Below are positions 17,656 through 29,967 of a DNA stretch of 64,000 nucleotides, one piece after another. The position numbers and the translations under genes are program-made. The notes beneath the pieces are model-generated. The model was not told the origin of the DNA, searched no databases, and saw only the letters and a program-made list of their open reading frames with translations. Position 1 is the first letter of the stretch. The number at the start of each line of letters is the position of its first letter. Source of the stretch: an uncultured Bifidobacterium sp. (GTDB taxonomy: Bacteria > Actinomycetota > Actinomycetes > Nanopelagicales > Nanopelagicaceae); contig CAZLOJ010000001.1 in assembly GCA_964561165.1 (NCBI GenBank), forward strand, positions 7,269-71,268. The letters run 5' to 3'.

Positions 17656-20115
17656 CTACTCGTCATCTCCCTCGGCATTACGCGCGATGGACACCACAAC
17701 TGTCTCAGGATCGAGATTGACCAGGCGAACTCCCATGGTGTCGCGCCCGGTCTGCCGGACTTCATCAACTCGAGTCCGCATCACAGTTCCAGCTGACGTT
17801 ATCGCGAGCACCTCATCTACTTCAGTGACAATTAGCGCACCGACAAGAACTCCGCGCGATGCTTCATCAACCTTCGCTGCTTTAATTCCTAAACCACCGC
17901 GTCCCTGTGGTCGATATTCGATAACAGGTGTGCGCTTTGCAAAACCGCCATCTGTTGCTGTGAAGACGTAGGCGTTAGCAACATCCGAAACAGAGGTCAT
18001 TGCCAGAAGTTCATCACCGGCACGGAACTTCATTCCGATTACACCACTGGTTGCTCGACCCATTGGACGAAGTGATTCATCATCTGCTGTGAAGCGAAGT
18101 GACATGGCATTCTTTGAGACCAACAAAATGTCATCAGTCTCGCCAACAAGAACTGCCGACACCACTTCATCACCTTCGCGAAGGTTGATAGCAATCAATC
18201 CGCCAGAACGGTTTGAGTCATACTCATCAAGGGGTGTCTTCTTTACAAGCCCTGACTTAGTAGCAAGGACAAGATACTTCGCTGCGTTGTAGTTCTCTAT
18301 TGCGAGGACTTGCGCGATCTTTTCATCAGGTTGGAAAGCCAGAAGGTTCGCAACGTGCTGTCCGCGCGCGTCCCGTCCTGCCTCAGGAAGTTCATGTGCT
18401 TTCGCGCGATAGACCCGGCCTTTATTGGTGAAGAAAAGAATCCAATGGTGGGTAGTTGTAACGAAGAAGTGTTCAACGATGTCATCTTGCTTCAGCGCAG
18501 CACCGCGAACACCACGGCCGCCGCGACGTTGGGATCTGTACAAATCCGCTTTAGTTCGCTTGGAGTAACCGCCACGGGTAATAGTGACAACCACATCTTC
18601 TTGTTTAATGAGATCTTCTGCAGCGAAATCTCCTTCAGCTGCAATTATCTGAGTCCGGCGGGTATCTCCATATTTTGCGGTGAGCTCGGCCAGCTCAGTA
18701 GCGACTATCTCGCGTTGCCGCTTGGGGCTTGCCAAGATCTCATTTAGTTCGATGATTTCCTTCATAATCGCGTCATATTCATCTTGAATCTTCTGTCGCT
18801 CAAGGGCTGCCAAGCGACGAAGTTGCATATCCAAGATTGCATTCGCTTGAACCTCGTCGACATCAAGAAGCTTCATTAACCCCGAGCGAGCATCGTCTGT
18901 GCTCTCACTCTTTCGGATTAAAGCGATTACTTCATCAAGTGCATCAAGAGCCTTTACATAACCACGAAGGATATGGGCGCGTTTCTCTTTTTCAGCAAGA
19001 CGATACTTGGTACGTCGCACAATCACTTCAATTTGGTGATCGATGTAGAACTTCACAAATTCATCAAGACGGAGCGTGCGTGGCACGCCATCAACAAGGG
19101 CGAGCATGTTCGCGCCAAAAGTCTCTTGAAGTTGGGTGTGCTTGTAGAGGTTATTGAGCACTACCTTCGCGACCGCATCTTTTTTCAGGACGATAACTAG
19201 TCGTTGTCCAAGACGCTCATTACCTTCATCGCGCACATCAGCGATTCCTGCGACTTTTCCATCTTTAACAAGGTCTGCGATCTTCAGCGCCAAGTTATCC
19301 GGGTTAACTTGATACGGAAGTTCGCTGATGACTAAGCAATTTCGATTGTTAATCTCTTCAACTTCAACTACTGCCCGCATTGTGATCGATCCACGACCAG
19401 TTCGGTACGCCTCTTCGATACCGCTTCGGCCAACGATAAGGCCTTTCGTTGGGAAGTCTGGACCCTTAACAACAGTTAAAAGTTTCTCAAGGAGCTCTTC
19501 TGGCTTTGCGTCAGGATTCTGCAGCGACCACTGAATACCTTCAGCGACTTCATTGAGGTTATGTGGTGGGATGTTCGTTGCCATACCGACAGCAATTCCT
19601 GCGCTGCCGTTGACGAGTAGATTTGGAAATCTACTTGGCAGAACTACTGGTTCTTGTGAGCGGCCATCGTAATTATCGGTGAAATCAACGGTCTCTTCAT
19701 CGATATCGCGCATCATCTCGATTGCAAGCGGTGCAAGGCGCGCTTCGGTATACCGCATTGCAGCTGCCGGATCGTTACCGGGAGAACCGAAGTTTCCGTT
19801 GCCATCAACAAGCGGGTACCGAAGGGACCATGGCTGCGCCAAGCGGACCAATGTGTCGTAAATAGCCGAGTCACCATGTGGGTGGTAATTACCCATGACA
19901 TCACCGACAACGCGAGAGGATTTGTAATAACCCTTATCTGGGCGATATCCCGCATCAAACATCGCGTAAAGAACCCGTCGATGGACTGGTTTTAAACCAT
20001 CGCGCACATCTGGAAGAGCGCGACCCACAATCACGCTCATCGCATAATCGAGATAGCTGCGCGCCATCTCTACTTGAAGATCGACTAACTCAATCCGATC
20101 TGACGTATTCTCCAC
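17656..20115 (-). CDS. gyrA: DNA gyrase subunit A
   Basis: 819 aa with the active-site region [10 protein letters not shown] and C-terminal beta-pinwheel repeats. GTG start preceded by AGGAAAGGAG. Confidence 0.97.
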   Translation of the reverse strand: MENTSDRIELVDLQVEMARSYLDYAMSVIVGRALPDVRDGLKPVHRRVLYAMFDAGYRPDKGYYKSSRVVGDVMGNYHPHGDSAIYDTLVRLAQPWSLRYPLVDGNGNFGSPGNDPAAAMRYTEARLAPLAIEMMRDIDEETVDFTDNYDGRSQEPVVLPSRFPNLLVNGSAGIAVGMATNIPPHNLNEVAEGIQWSLQNPDAKPEELLEKLLTVVKGPDFPTKGLIVGRSGIEEAYRTGRGSITMRAVVEVEEINNRNCLVISELPYQVNPDNLALKIADLVKDGKVAGIADVRDEGNERLGQRLVIVLKKDAVAKVVLNNLYKHTQLQETFGANMLALVDGVPRTLRLDEFVKFYIDHQIEVIVRRTKYRLAEKEKRAHILRGYVKALDALDEVIALIRKSESTDDARSGLMKLLDVDEVQANAILDMQLRRLAALERQKIQDEYDAIMKEIIELNEILASPKRQREIVATELAELTAKYGDTRRTQIIAAEGDFAAEDLIKQEDVVVTITRGGYSKRTKADLYRSQRRGGRGVRGAALKQDDIVEHFFVTTTHHWILFFTNKGRVYRAKAHELPEAGRDARGQHVANLLAFQPDEKIAQVLAIENYNAAKYLVLATKSGLVKKTPLDEYDSNRSGGLIAINLREGDEVVSAVLVGETDDILLVSKNAMSLRFTADDESLRPMGRATSGVIGMKFRAGDELLAMTSVSDVANAYVFTATDGGFAKRTPVIEYRPQGRGGLGIKAAKVDEASRGVLVGALIVTEVDEVLAITSAGTVMRTRVDEVRQTGRDTMGVRLVNLDPETVVVSIARNAEGDDE

Positions 20116-20142
20116 TGGTCACACTCCTTTCCTTTATCGAGA

Positions 20143-22200
<2,058 letters not shown>

Positions 22201-22264
22201 CTATCCCCTAAAAAAGTACCTGGTAGCGCCGTAGAGCGATTGACCCCCCAAATCTAGTGAGGGG

Positions 22265-22756
22265 CTACCCGTAGGTGTCCCGGGGGCCGCGCCCACCTTT
22301 GACGCTCCACCCGCCTTTTCGCCAGGAAGGGGCCTGCGGTCCTTTGATCTGTAGCTCCCGAACCTCAAATCCACCCTGCGCTAATGCCGTGATGATCTGC
22401 TGATCGATCAACCGCAACTGAGTTGCCCATGCGGTGCTCTCCGCGCTCACAGCGAGCACGCCGTCGGAAAAGGTAATCGGCTGCACATGATCGGCAATCT
22501 CGCTGCCTACTAATTCACTCCATCTAACGAAGAGATCGCTATCTTTCACTCGTTCGCGCCAGCCACGAGCATCGATTAATTCCGCAAGCGACTCGTTGAG
22601 TAACTGTGGCCCTTGATACTCCGCCTCGCTCGCACCGCCATCATTAACCGAACCAGAGCGTCTTGATCCAGACTTGTCTTGCTCTCGCTTAAATCTGTTG
22701 GAGCGGCGACGCGCAGCGGCAAGAAGTGAACGCGCTAAATCTCGATTCTCGCTCAT
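22265..22756 (-). CDS. dciA: DUF721 protein (DciA-type putative replicative-helicase loader)
   Basis: 163 aa with a basic N-terminus and C-terminal DUF721-like core (WSELVGSEIADHVQPITFSDGVLAVSAESTAWATQLRL). It holds the conserved recF-to-gyrB position. Its ATG abuts the recF stop. Confidence 0.7.
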   Translation of the reverse strand: MSENRDLARSLLAAARRRSNRFKREQDKSGSRRSGSVNDGGASEAEYQGPQLLNESLAELIDARGWRERVKDSDLFVRWSELVGSEIADHVQPITFSDGVLAVSAESTAWATQLRLIDQQIITALAQGGFEVRELQIKGPQAPSWRKGGWSVKGGRGPRDTYG

Positions 22757-23854
22757 TTACTCGCGCACGCTCCCTTCATGAACGTAGATCCTTCGATCGG
22801 AGAACTCGCTTGGTAAATCTGCCTCGACTGCTGCTGTGACAAGAACTTGCTCCGATGAATCGATTAACTCAAGAAGTGCGCCTCTGCGCAAACTATCCAA
22901 CTCAGCGAAGACATCGTCAAGTATTAATATTGGCTCGCTCGCCTCACCCATGCTCTCATCAGATAGCAATCGATATGAACCCATCCGAAGCGCAAGAGCA
23001 TATGACCACGATTCACCTTGGCTTGCATAACCTTTTACCGGCGTTGGGCCGAGCGCCAATACTAAATCATCTCGATGTGGTCCGATAAGTGTTACACCGC
23101 GCTCTATCTCAGCCCGACGAAGAGTGGGCAACACCGACATAATTTCTTGCTCTAATTCAGCAGCGCTTTTTCCCTGCAGCTCTTGCGAACTCTTATATGT
23201 CGCACTAATTGCATCGCCTGACGATATTCGCTGATATGCAGCAACAACATGGGGCATGAGATCTGCAATAAGTTGGAGGCGGGCGGCGATCACTTGCGCG
23301 CCGAAACGCGAGATGTGTTCGTCCCAAGGAGCTAAATCTCGCTCGTGTGGTCGGTTTTTCAATAACGTGTTCCGTTGTTTGAGTGCCTTCTCATAATCAG
23401 CGATTACACCTGCGTATCGCGGAGTGCGTGAGATCAATAAGGTGTCAAGAAAATCTCTTCGCTCAGTTGGATCGCCTTTAACTAATGAGAGATCTTCAGG
23501 AGTAAAGAGGATTGCGCGAAGATGGCCGAGTAGTTCGCGCGTAGAACGCACTGGCTGTTGATTGATGCGCGCACGATTAGCCTTTCCTTGGTTGATCTCA
23601 ACCTCGAGTAGCTCTTCTCGCCCGGCAGTATTTACCTTTGCGCGGATGTAAGCCTTTTCATGCTCTAAGCGAACTAATGGATTATCTGAGGATGTCCGAT
23701 GTGATCGTAGGTAAGCAAGAAAGCCAATTGATTCGACGATGTTGGTTTTACCCTCGCCGTTGCTTCCGATAAACGAAGTGATTCCTGGGCGCAGCTCTAA
23801 CTCTAAATTCTCGTAGGAACGATAATTAGTGAGATGTAAATATGAGAGGTACAC
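22757..23854 (-). CDS. recF: DNA replication/repair protein RecF
   Basis: Walker A motif GSNGEGKTN, an SMC-like signature, and Walker B LILDDVFAELD. Confidence 0.95.
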   Translation of the reverse strand: MYLSYLHLTNYRSYENLELELRPGITSFIGSNGEGKTNIVESIGFLAYLRSHRTSSDNPLVRLEHEKAYIRAKVNTAGREELLEVEINQGKANRARINQQPVRSTRELLGHLRAILFTPEDLSLVKGDPTERRDFLDTLLISRTPRYAGVIADYEKALKQRNTLLKNRPHERDLAPWDEHISRFGAQVIAARLQLIADLMPHVVAAYQRISSGDAISATYKSSQELQGKSAAELEQEIMSVLPTLRRAEIERGVTLIGPHRDDLVLALGPTPVKGYASQGESWSYALALRMGSYRLLSDESMGEASEPILILDDVFAELDSLRRGALLELIDSSEQVLVTAAVEADLPSEFSDRRIYVHEGSVRE

Positions 23855-23857
23855 AGA

Positions 23858-24982
23858 TTATGAGGCGTACCGCATAGGCATAAGTAGATAACGGTAACTC
23901 GTATCGCTCTGACCATCAGCGCTTTCGCGTCCCGAGAGAACTGCCGGCTTACTTGGCCCGGTAAATGCCATATCAACATAAGCGGCACCAAGAGCAGAGA
24001 GGCCATCGACTAAATATGTTGGGTTAAACGCGATGGTGAAACCTTCACCATCGAAGGCAATCTCTAACTCCTCTGTTGCAGATGCTTCCTCGCCAGCGCC
24101 TGCCTCTAAAGTAAGAGATCCTGGCGCGAATGTCAGGCGCAATGGAATTGTTTTATCGGCAACTAACGCAACACGTCGAACTGAATCAAGAAGCGGTGCT
24201 ACTTCAATGATTGCTGTAGCGCTTCGTTCACTTGGTAAGAGGTGGCGGTATGGCGGGAAAGTTCCATCGAGCATTCGAGATGTCATGGACTTTCCTACTG
24301 TAGAAAACCCAATTAAACGCTCCTGAGCGTTTGGTGCGGCAAGCGCAAGACTTACTTGGGCGCTTCCAACAAGTGATTTTGATGCATCATGCAATGTGCG
24401 TGCACGAATTAGCGCAGAGGCGCTTGCCCGGGGGGCTTCCCAATCTAATTCTCGAACAGCAAGACGGTAACGATCTGTCGCCGCGAGGGTTAATTTATTC
24501 TCTTCGATCTCGACATGAACTCCTGTGAGCACTGGGAGTGAATCATCTTTACCTGCAGCAATCGCTACTTGATGAACAGCTTCAGCAAATACTTCGCCGG
24601 TTAGTCGTCCTGTTTCAGATGGTAATTCAGGAAGATTTGGATAATCACTAACTGGAAGTGTGGGGAGAGCGAATTTTGCAGATCCTGATACAACACTTAC
24701 TCGACTTCCCTCTAATGAAATAGTTACTGGTTTATTAGGAAGTGATTTCGCAATATCAGAGAGCAACCTTCCTGATACTAGAACCTTTCCTTCTTCTTTA
24801 ACATCAGCGTTAACTGTTGCTTTAGCCGAAGTTTCTAAGTCATAACCAGAAAGATGCACACCATTCTTCTGAGCATCGATAACCACTCCAAGAAGTACAG
24901 GCATGATTGGTCGTGAGGAGAGTGATCGAGATACCCACACAACACCATCGGAGAGCGCATCGCGCTCGACTACAAATCTCAT
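23858..24982 (-). CDS. dnaN: DNA polymerase III beta sliding clamp
   Basis: 374 aa with three-domain clamp architecture by sequence pattern, in the canonical position after dnaA/oriC. Confidence 0.95.
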   Translation of the reverse strand: MRFVVERDALSDGVVWVSRSLSSRPIMPVLLGVVIDAQKNGVHLSGYDLETSAKATVNADVKEEGKVLVSGRLLSDIAKSLPNKPVTISLEGSRVSVVSGSAKFALPTLPVSDYPNLPELPSETGRLTGEVFAEAVHQVAIAAGKDDSLPVLTGVHVEIEENKLTLAATDRYRLAVRELDWEAPRASASALIRARTLHDASKSLVGSAQVSLALAAPNAQERLIGFSTVGKSMTSRMLDGTFPPYRHLLPSERSATAIIEVAPLLDSVRRVALVADKTIPLRLTFAPGSLTLEAGAGEEASATEELEIAFDGEGFTIAFNPTYLVDGLSALGAAYVDMAFTGPSKPAVLSGRESADGQSDTSYRYLLMPMRYAS

Positions 24983-25335
24983 CCCAAACTCACTCTCTCA
25001 AAAGATGTTCCCTATCTTCCCTTACTCAGTAGTAAAAGGGCTATCTCACCAGTGATCGCTGGTTATACCCAGATCAGCGCGAGGCGGTAAATTTTTTATA
25101 TGTAAAGATAGAGAGATAGTAATAGGAGTAACTGGTGTGGATTCTGGGGAAAAGGGGTATTTCCGCAGGTCAGAGTGGAATTCCTACCCACCCTCAGTTG
25201 TGGATAAATCGGTGGATAATGTGGAGAAGTAGGAGTGGGGCGGGTTGTGGCGAATCTTTCCCACACGGGAAACTCTCAAGGAGGGGTTTACCCCCAAGGT
25301 TATCCCCAAGTGTGGAACGCGCGAAATGTCCGAAT
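24983..25335. other. oriC (dnaA-dnaN intergenic origin): DnaA-box array plus an AT-rich unwinding candidate
   Basis: AT-rich stretch at 25088-25131. Boxes: TGTGGATTC 25136, AGTGGAATT 25174, perfect TGTGGATAA 25199-25207, GGTGGATAA 25211, TGTGGAGAA 25220, TGTGGCGAA 25246, TTTCCCACA 25257, TTATCCCCA 25300, TGTGGAACG 25311. Confidence 0.8.
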
Positions 25336-26754
25336 TTATCCCTGGCTACGAGCCTGTTGACGGATTCTGTTGGTGAGCTCGGTGACTTGGTTGTAGATCG
25401 AGCGACGCTCAGCCATGAGTTGGCGGATCTTTCGATCGGCATGCATCACGGTGGTGTGGTCGCGACCACCAAAGGTCTGGCCGATTTTTGGCAGTGATAG
25501 ATCTGTGAGTTCACGGCATAGATACATCGCTACCTGGCGGGCATTTACCAATGCTCGCGAACGTGATGTGCCACAAAGATCATCAATGGTGAGACTGAAA
25601 TATGCAGCGGTCTGAGCCATGATGGTTGCGCCGGTGATTTCTGGGCCCGACTCATCAGGAATGAGATCTTTGAGCACGATTTCTGCAAGGGATAAATCGA
25701 CGCCCTGTCGATTAAGGCTTGCGAACGCCGTTACTCGAATTAGCGCGCCTTCGAGCTCGCGAATGTTCGTTGAGATTTTGCTGGCAATGTATTCAAGAAC
25801 GTCATCAGGTGCATTGAGTCGATCTTGCGCTGCCTTTTTACGAAGAATAGCGATACGTGTCTCAAGCTCAGGAGGTTGGATATCAGTTATCAAACCCCAC
25901 TCGAATCGAGAGCGAAGTCGATCTTCCAGCGTTGCCAATTGTTTCGGTGGTCGATCGCTACTGATGACAATTTGTTTGTTGGCGTTGTAGAGCGTATTGA
26001 AGGTATGGAAAAACTCTTCCTGAGTCCGTTCTTTATTCTCAAGGAATTGAATATCATCAACGAGGAGTAAATCGACATCTCGGTAGCGTTTTTGGAAGAC
26101 CGCCGATTTGTCATCGCGAATTGAGTTAATAAAATCGTTGGTGAACTCTTCGCTCGATACATAACGAACACGTAGGTTTCCATAAAGTTCTTTTGCGTAT
26201 GCGCCAATTGCATGCAGCAAGTGGGTTTTACCTAAACCTGATTCACCATAAATAAAGAGCGGGTTATAAGCCTTGCCCGGAGCTTCAGCTACTGCAACGG
26301 CTGCCGCATGCGCGAATCTATTCGATGAGCCAATAACGAATGTTTCAAAGATATAGCGCGGATTCATACTCATCGCGCCTGACTCAGATGGAACTGTTGG
26401 CTCTGCGCTTCGTCCAGTACCTGGGCGCGGTTGTTCGATTTCAGTAATGACCTCGCCAGGTTTTTCATTTTCAAGAGTTTCATCAATTGTCACTGCAACG
26501 CGAACTTCTCGACCTAACTTGGTACTTAAAACATCAGTGATAATTGATCGAAGACGAGTTTCCAAAACATCTTTTGCGAAAGCATTCGGCGCAGCAACAA
26601 GTAGTGTGGTACTTCCATTGCTATCAATCAGACCCATTGGTTGAGTCAGTTGCAAGAACGCGCGATGTTGCGGTGAATCGGTAGCGATGAGCGAAATTGC
26701 GCTCTGCCATAGCTCTGGTAGGTGACCCTCGAGGAGCGCGCTCTCATCTGCCAT
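25336..26754 (-). CDS. dnaA: Chromosomal replication initiator DnaA
   Basis: Walker [11 protein letters not shown], Walker B DDIQF, and the C-terminal DNA-binding helix region [15 protein letters not shown]. The probable start is ATG 26754 ([10 protein letters not shown]) with AAAGGA upstream. The track GTG is 26772. Confidence 0.97.
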   Translation of the reverse strand: MADESALLEGHLPELWQSAISLIATDSPQHRAFLQLTQPMGLIDSNGSTTLLVAAPNAFAKDVLETRLRSIITDVLSTKLGREVRVAVTIDETLENEKPGEVITEIEQPRPGTGRSAEPTVPSESGAMSMNPRYIFETFVIGSSNRFAHAAAVAVAEAPGKAYNPLFIYGESGLGKTHLLHAIGAYAKELYGNLRVRYVSSEEFTNDFINSIRDDKSAVFQKRYRDVDLLLVDDIQFLENKERTQEEFFHTFNTLYNANKQIVISSDRPPKQLATLEDRLRSRFEWGLITDIQPPELETRIAILRKKAAQDRLNAPDDVLEYIASKISTNIRELEGALIRVTAFASLNRQGVDLSLAEIVLKDLIPDESGPEITGATIMAQTAAYFSLTIDDLCGTSRSRALVNARQVAMYLCRELTDLSLPKIGQTFGGRDHTTVMHADRKIRQLMAERRSIYNQVTELTNRIRQQARSQG

Positions 26755-26786
26755 TTGGAATCCTTTCCACACCGGTTACCCACCGG

Positions 26787-26932
26787 TTATCCCCAAAGAT
26801 ATCCACAGGCTGTGGGCTATCTCGTGGATATTTGTCCGAAATGCACCTATATCTACCGGGGAAAGTAGCTTCCGCTGTGGAAGAAGGCAGACCCTATTCG
26901 GGGTTGTGGGAAAAAGCAACTAGTTATCCACA
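26787..26932. promoter_or_regulatory. Second DnaA-box array upstream of dnaA (autoregulation / second origin half)
   Basis: TTATCCCCA 26787, ATATCCACA 26799, CGTGGATAT 26823, TTGTGGGAA 26904, and perfect TTATCCACA 26924-26932. Confidence 0.6.
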
Positions 26933-27102
26933 ACTCTAAACTCAGAGTTTAGGGCTCTCCGGAGGTACTCCCCTCAGAGGTGCTCCGGGTTTGACCGCAG
27001 CGCCCCCACTTCCGTACCGTTTACCTCCTGCACGATCGATCACGGGCGTAACCGCTCGAGTAATTGTGCCAATGACACTTCCTCGACCTTTAGGAGATAC
27101 AC

Positions 27103-27237
27103 GTGAAGCGGACCTTTCAACCAAATAATCGCCGTCGGGCCAAGACCCATGGTTTCCGCGCTCGCATGTCAACTCGTGCTGGTCGCGCTGTACTAGCTGC
27201 GCGTCGTGCCAAGGGGCGCCTGCGCATCTCGGCATAA
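27103..27237 (+). CDS. rpmH: 50S ribosomal protein L34
   Basis: Own translation: [47 protein letters not shown] start with TAGGAGA 5 nt upstream. It is below the ORF-track cutoff. Confidence 0.92.
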   Translation: MKRTFQPNNRRRAKTHGFRARMSTRAGRAVLAARRAKGRLRISA

Positions 27238-27261
27238 GTACTCGCGTAGTCGGCGGGTCTG

Positions 27262-27615
27262 ATGTTGGCGCAGCACAATCGTCTGCGTAAAGCGAGCGAG
27301 TTCGCACTCGCTACTAAAGGCAAGCGGGTAGCAGGAGAGAATTTTCTGCTCTATGTCGCAACACCACAACATGGTGAGCGATCTGGGGCACCGGTGAAGG
27401 TGGGCCTCATAGTGGGAAAGAATGTAGGCAATTCGGTAGTTCGGCACCGCGTCTCACGACAGATACGCCATGCCATTGCCCCACATCTTGAAAAATTCTC
27501 TGACGGTACGTTCCTGCTCTTTCGCGCTCATCCAGGAGCGGCAAAGAGCGCAGAGGGCAATCTCAGTGGCGAGATCTCAGCGCTAGTCGCCAAGTATTTC
27601 TCGGTGGCTCGATGA
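27262..27615 (+). CDS. rnpA: Ribonuclease P protein component
   Basis: 117 aa, basic, RLRKASEF motif, immediately after rpmH. Confidence 0.88.
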   Translation: MLAQHNRLRKASEFALATKGKRVAGENFLLYVATPQHGERSGAPVKVGLIVGKNVGNSVVRHRVSRQIRHAIAPHLEKFSDGTFLLFRAHPGAAKSAEGNLSGEISALVAKYFSVAR

Positions 27616-27863
27616 TCACCGTAATTCGCATGTATCAAAAGTGGATTTCGCCAGCTTTCCCGGCGCGCTGTAAGTATTACCCCACATGCTCGGAGTACGC
27701 GGTACTGGCAATTCGGAGCAAAGGTTTCGTTATCGGAAGCGCATTAGCGTTCTGGCGTTTACTTCGGTGCAACCCATGGTCAATGGGAGGAATTGATTAC
27801 CCGCCAGGTGGTAAAGAGTTGCTAATGAATAATCAACAACAGCGAAGAAAGGCGAGTAAATAG
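27612..27863 (+). CDS. yidD: Membrane protein insertion efficiency factor YidD
   Basis: Motifs YQKWISP and CKYYPTCSEYA. 4-nt overlap with rnpA. Confidence 0.88.
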   Translation: MITVIRMYQKWISPAFPARCKYYPTCSEYAVLAIRSKGFVIGSALAFWRLLRCNPWSMGGIDYPPGGKELLMNNQQQRRKASK

Positions 27864-28822
27864 TGGGTATTTTCAATCCGCTTTATGATGCGATTTCCTG
27901 GGTCATTCTACGTTTTCATGCTCTGTTTGAACCTTTATTCGGAGCAGATAGTGGAGTTACGTGGTCGCTAGCCATCATCTTCCTTGTTGTGTTGATTCGA
28001 ATTATTTTGATCCCACTCTTTGTGAAACAGATCAAAAGTCAGCGCGCATTAACAGTGTTGCAACCGGAGATGAAAGCAATCCAACAGAAATATAAAGATG
28101 ATCGCCAAAAGCAATCTGAAGAGATGATGAAGCTGTACAAGAAACATGGCACTAATCCATTGGCATCATGTTTCCCACTGCTTGCCCAAGCGCCGATTTT
28201 CTTTGCGCTCTTCACCGTGTTAAATGGAATCGCTCAAGATGTCCCACGAGGAGTTCTTACTGAAGCAGATGTAGATAGCGCAGCGAACGCAAGTTTCTTC
28301 GGTGCTCCGATTGCGGCAACCTTCTTGATGGGTGCGAACGATATCGAGAAACTTGGTGGGTCTCCCGCTACGGTAAAAGCAATCACACTTGTCATGATTT
28401 TGTTGATGTCTGCATCAACATTTATTACTCAGAAACAGTTGATGACAAAGGGTATGCCGAAGAATGACGGCCAACCAAACATGATGTTGCAACAACAGAA
28501 AATTCTGTTGTACTTATTCCCAATTATTTTTGCAGTAACTGGAATTAACTTTCCGGTTGGTGTTTTGTTGTATTGGTTGACTACAAATCTTTGGACGATG
28601 GGCCAACAGTTTTATGTGATTAAACGGAATCCAACGCCAGGATCGCCGGCGTACTTTGAGTTAGAGGCAAAGCGCGCGAAAAAGAGCGGAGTAACGCAAT
28701 CCGATGATGTGACTAATAACGGTTCAGTGGCTGTGGAAGAGCCAGGTGCGGATGGAACCGGGAGCGATGTGAAGGGGCAGCGCGTGCAGCCCAAGCGAGA
28801 TAAAAAGAAGAAGAAACGATAG
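27863..28822 (+). CDS. yidC: Membrane protein insertase YidC
   Basis: 319 aa, multi-TM, with the conserved YidC core (PLASCFPLLAQAPIFFALF, GVLLYWLTTNLWTMGQQ) and a Lys-rich C-terminal tail. Confidence 0.9.
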   Translation: MGIFNPLYDAISWVILRFHALFEPLFGADSGVTWSLAIIFLVVLIRIILIPLFVKQIKSQRALTVLQPEMKAIQQKYKDDRQKQSEEMMKLYKKHGTNPLASCFPLLAQAPIFFALFTVLNGIAQDVPRGVLTEADVDSAANASFFGAPIAATFLMGANDIEKLGGSPATVKAITLVMILLMSASTFITQKQLMTKGMPKNDGQPNMMLQQQKILLYLFPIIFAVTGINFPVGVLLYWLTTNLWTMGQQFYVIKRNPTPGSPAYFELEAKRAKKSGVTQSDDVTNNGSVAVEEPGADGTGSDVKGQRVQPKRDKKKKKR

Positions 28823-28896
28823 CTAGAAAGCGACAAATCACCGCAATATATGACAAATAACTGTATTTACCCCAGATTGGGGAGGTAGGAGAGGGT

Positions 28897-29370
28897 ATGA
28901 GCGAGAAGAGCCTAATTGCACGGTTGGAAGAAGAGGGCGATCGGGGTGCGGATTACTTAGAGGCGCTCTTAGATATTGCTGACTTGCCAGGGGATATCGA
29001 TATTGATGTCGAGAATGATCGGGCAGCCTTGGCCATCGTTGGCGGGGAACTGACCCATCTCATAGGACGAGAGGGCGAGGTCCTTGAGGCGCTCCAGGAG
29101 TTAACTCGAATGGCAGTGCAACGCGAGACCGGTGATCGCTCGCGATTAATGCTTGATATTGAGGGTTTTCGGGCGAAGAAGCGCGATGAGCTGCGGGCCT
29201 TAGCTGAGAGCACTGCAGAAGAGGTAAAGAAAAGCGGGGTAGCTATCGCCCTAAAGCCAATGAATGCCTTTGAGCGAAAAGTGATCCATGATGCAATTGG
29301 CGAGCTTGGCCTCAGCAGCGAATCAGAGGGTGAAGAGCCAGAGCGCCATATTGTGGTTCTCCCTGCCTAA
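28897..29370 (+). CDS. jag: Jag/KhpB-like RNA-binding protein (KH + R3H, no Jag_N domain)
   Basis: 157 aa with the R3H region FERKVIHDAI, in the position after yidC. Confidence 0.8.
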   Translation: MSEKSLIARLEEEGDRGADYLEALLDIADLPGDIDIDVENDRAALAIVGGELTHLIGREGEVLEALQELTRMAVQRETGDRSRLMLDIEGFRAKKRDELRALAESTAEEVKKSGVAIALKPMNAFERKVIHDAIGELGLSSESEGEEPERHIVVLPA

Positions 29371-29958
29371 TTGATGACCCCGGAAGTACGTGTTTCACGG
29401 GAAACCTTCGCTCGCTATGCGGAAATTCTTCAAGGAGCTGGGGTGGAGCGTGGGTTAATTGGCCCTCGTGAAGGGGAGCGGATTTGGGAGCGTCATATCT
29501 ATAACTGCCTCCCGGTAGCGACCCTAATTCCTGCACACGCGAAGGTCATCGATATTGGAAGTGGGGCAGGGCTACCCGGAATCGTTCTGGCCTTAGCCCG
29601 ACCTGATATCTCAATCCTCCTGTTGGAGCCGCTGGAGCGACGCGCAACCTTTCTCCTCGAGGTAATAGATGAGTTGGGGCTCACCAATGCGCGAGCGGCT
29701 CGGGGAAAAGCTGCAGATTTCCAAGGGAAATTTGATGTTGTGACCGCTCGGGCCGTCGCTCCTATGGATCGACTCCTCGCCTGGAGTTGGCACTTACTCG
29801 CCCCTGGCGGCCGGATTCTGGCGATGAAGGGGGAGCGAGCGGGCGAAGAGTTAGCCCATACCCCGCTCTCACGCTACACCGGGGCTTCTGGTGAAATCCT
29901 GGAACCTACCCTTCCCACCGGTGGATGCAAGGTGATTTCTATAGCAAAGGCTGGTTAA
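29371..29958 (+). CDS. rsmG: 16S rRNA (guanine527-N7)-methyltransferase
   Basis: SAM motif DIGSGAGLPG. The start is TTG 29371 or ATG 29374. Confidence 0.9.
   Translation: MMTPEVRVSRETFARYAEILQGAGVERGLIGPREGERIWERHIYNCLPVATLIPAHAKVIDIGSGAGLPGIVLALARPDISILLLEPLERRATFLLEVIDELGLTNARAARGKAADFQGKFDVVTARAVAPMDRLLAWSWHLLAPGGRILAMKGERAGEELAHTPLSRYTGASGEILEPTLPTGGCKVISIAKAG
29391..29406. other. parS-like centromere site 1
   Basis: tgtttcacgggaaacc compared with the consensus TGTTTCACGTGAAACA (2 mismatches). It lies inside the rsmG 5' end. Confidence 0.65.
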
Positions 29959-29967
29959 CTGCGCTCT

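Noticed and set aside
26942-27447. Minus-strand ORFs 26942-27307, 27117-27323 and 27193-27447 covering the rpmH/rnpA region
   Set aside because: They overlap the unmistakable L34 and RNase P protein genes on the other strand. Their Arg/Pro-rich translations are mirror images of the basic L34 codons.
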